A stretch of 64,000 nt of DNA from Podarcis bocagei (lineage: Eukaryota): assembly GCA_964188305.1 (NCBI GenBank), contig OZ076885.1; one strand, given 5' to 3'. A model generated the notes under the pieces. The model had not been told where the DNA came from, made no database searches, and was given only the letters and a program-made list of their open reading frames with translations. Position numbers and translations under genes: made by a program. Positions 63,512-64,000 of the stretch are shown here, in pieces (the stretch's first letter is position 1; each line of letters opens with the position of its first letter).

Positions 63512-64000
63512 CTTCCATCTGAGCTATGTATTATAGTGCCACTATACAGCTTTTGCCAGCAGGTCAAGATGCACCTTTTTATCCAGGTATTGGGAGGGAT
63601 AGGGTGAGATATTTACTAATGCCGCCACCTCTGCTGCTTTTACTATGAATGCATGCATTTCATCTTTTTATATAACCTGTCAGGGTCTTTGGGTGAAGAG
63701 CAGGTAACAAATCTAACAGATCAATCAAAATTTCCAGGGTGCCTTACTAAGTTCTTAAAATTGTCTGTCAGGTGTCCTGAGAAATTACATTTCCAGGATC
63801 CTTGGTACTTGGATGACTGCCGTTCCAGATGCCAGCCATAGTGTAATGAAGATATTGTCAGTTAAAAGAGGGAATGAAAAGAGGCATTTGCAGTGATGGG
63901 AAGTGATGGCACTGGGGAAATCTCCTGTAGAGCTTGTGTTCAGCTCAAAAGAAGCTGAGTGCACCTAGGTTCACAATTATGGACCTCCCTCCTCCAGTTC

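Noticed and set aside
63680-63710. Possible OTOG exon 24 (CAG|GGTCTTTGG...CAG|GTAAC)
   Set aside because: Does not encode the expected LL.HG..C...EECPC continuation; the next exon probably lies beyond the window

Overview
Eukaryotic genomic DNA from a squamate reptile, probably a lacertid-type lizard (inferred from a Sauria SINE and squamate L2/CR1/Penelope/MITE content). It holds the 5' parts of two divergently transcribed inner-ear genes. USH1C (harmonin) is on the minus strand: coding exons 1-14, ATG at 26349, about 406 codons covering the N-domain, PDZ1, PDZ2 and coiled coil, running off the left edge. OTOG (otogelin) is on the plus strand: coding exons 1-23, ATG at 32272, about 900 codons covering signal peptide, EGF-like, VWD1-C8-TIL and VWD2-C8-TIL-TIL, running off the right edge. 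Each gene starts in its own CpG island and the ATGs are about 5.9 kb apart. All exons were assembled by hand with GT-AG boundaries and consistent phases; comparisons to human proteins are from memory, not alignment. Most ORFs in the supplied track are spurious. The most unusual structure is a 533-bp unclassified insert in OTOG intron 11, flanked by a ~170-bp near-perfect direct duplication that copies most of exon 11 and its splice donor. Other points of interest: a stop-free in-frame OTOG intron 1 with a poly-Leu microsatellite, a Penelope fragment with a hammerhead-ribozyme core, candidate alternative 5' exons of USH1C, and a U12-like motif overlapping an OTOG donor. I found no support for a wholly new multi-gene system.
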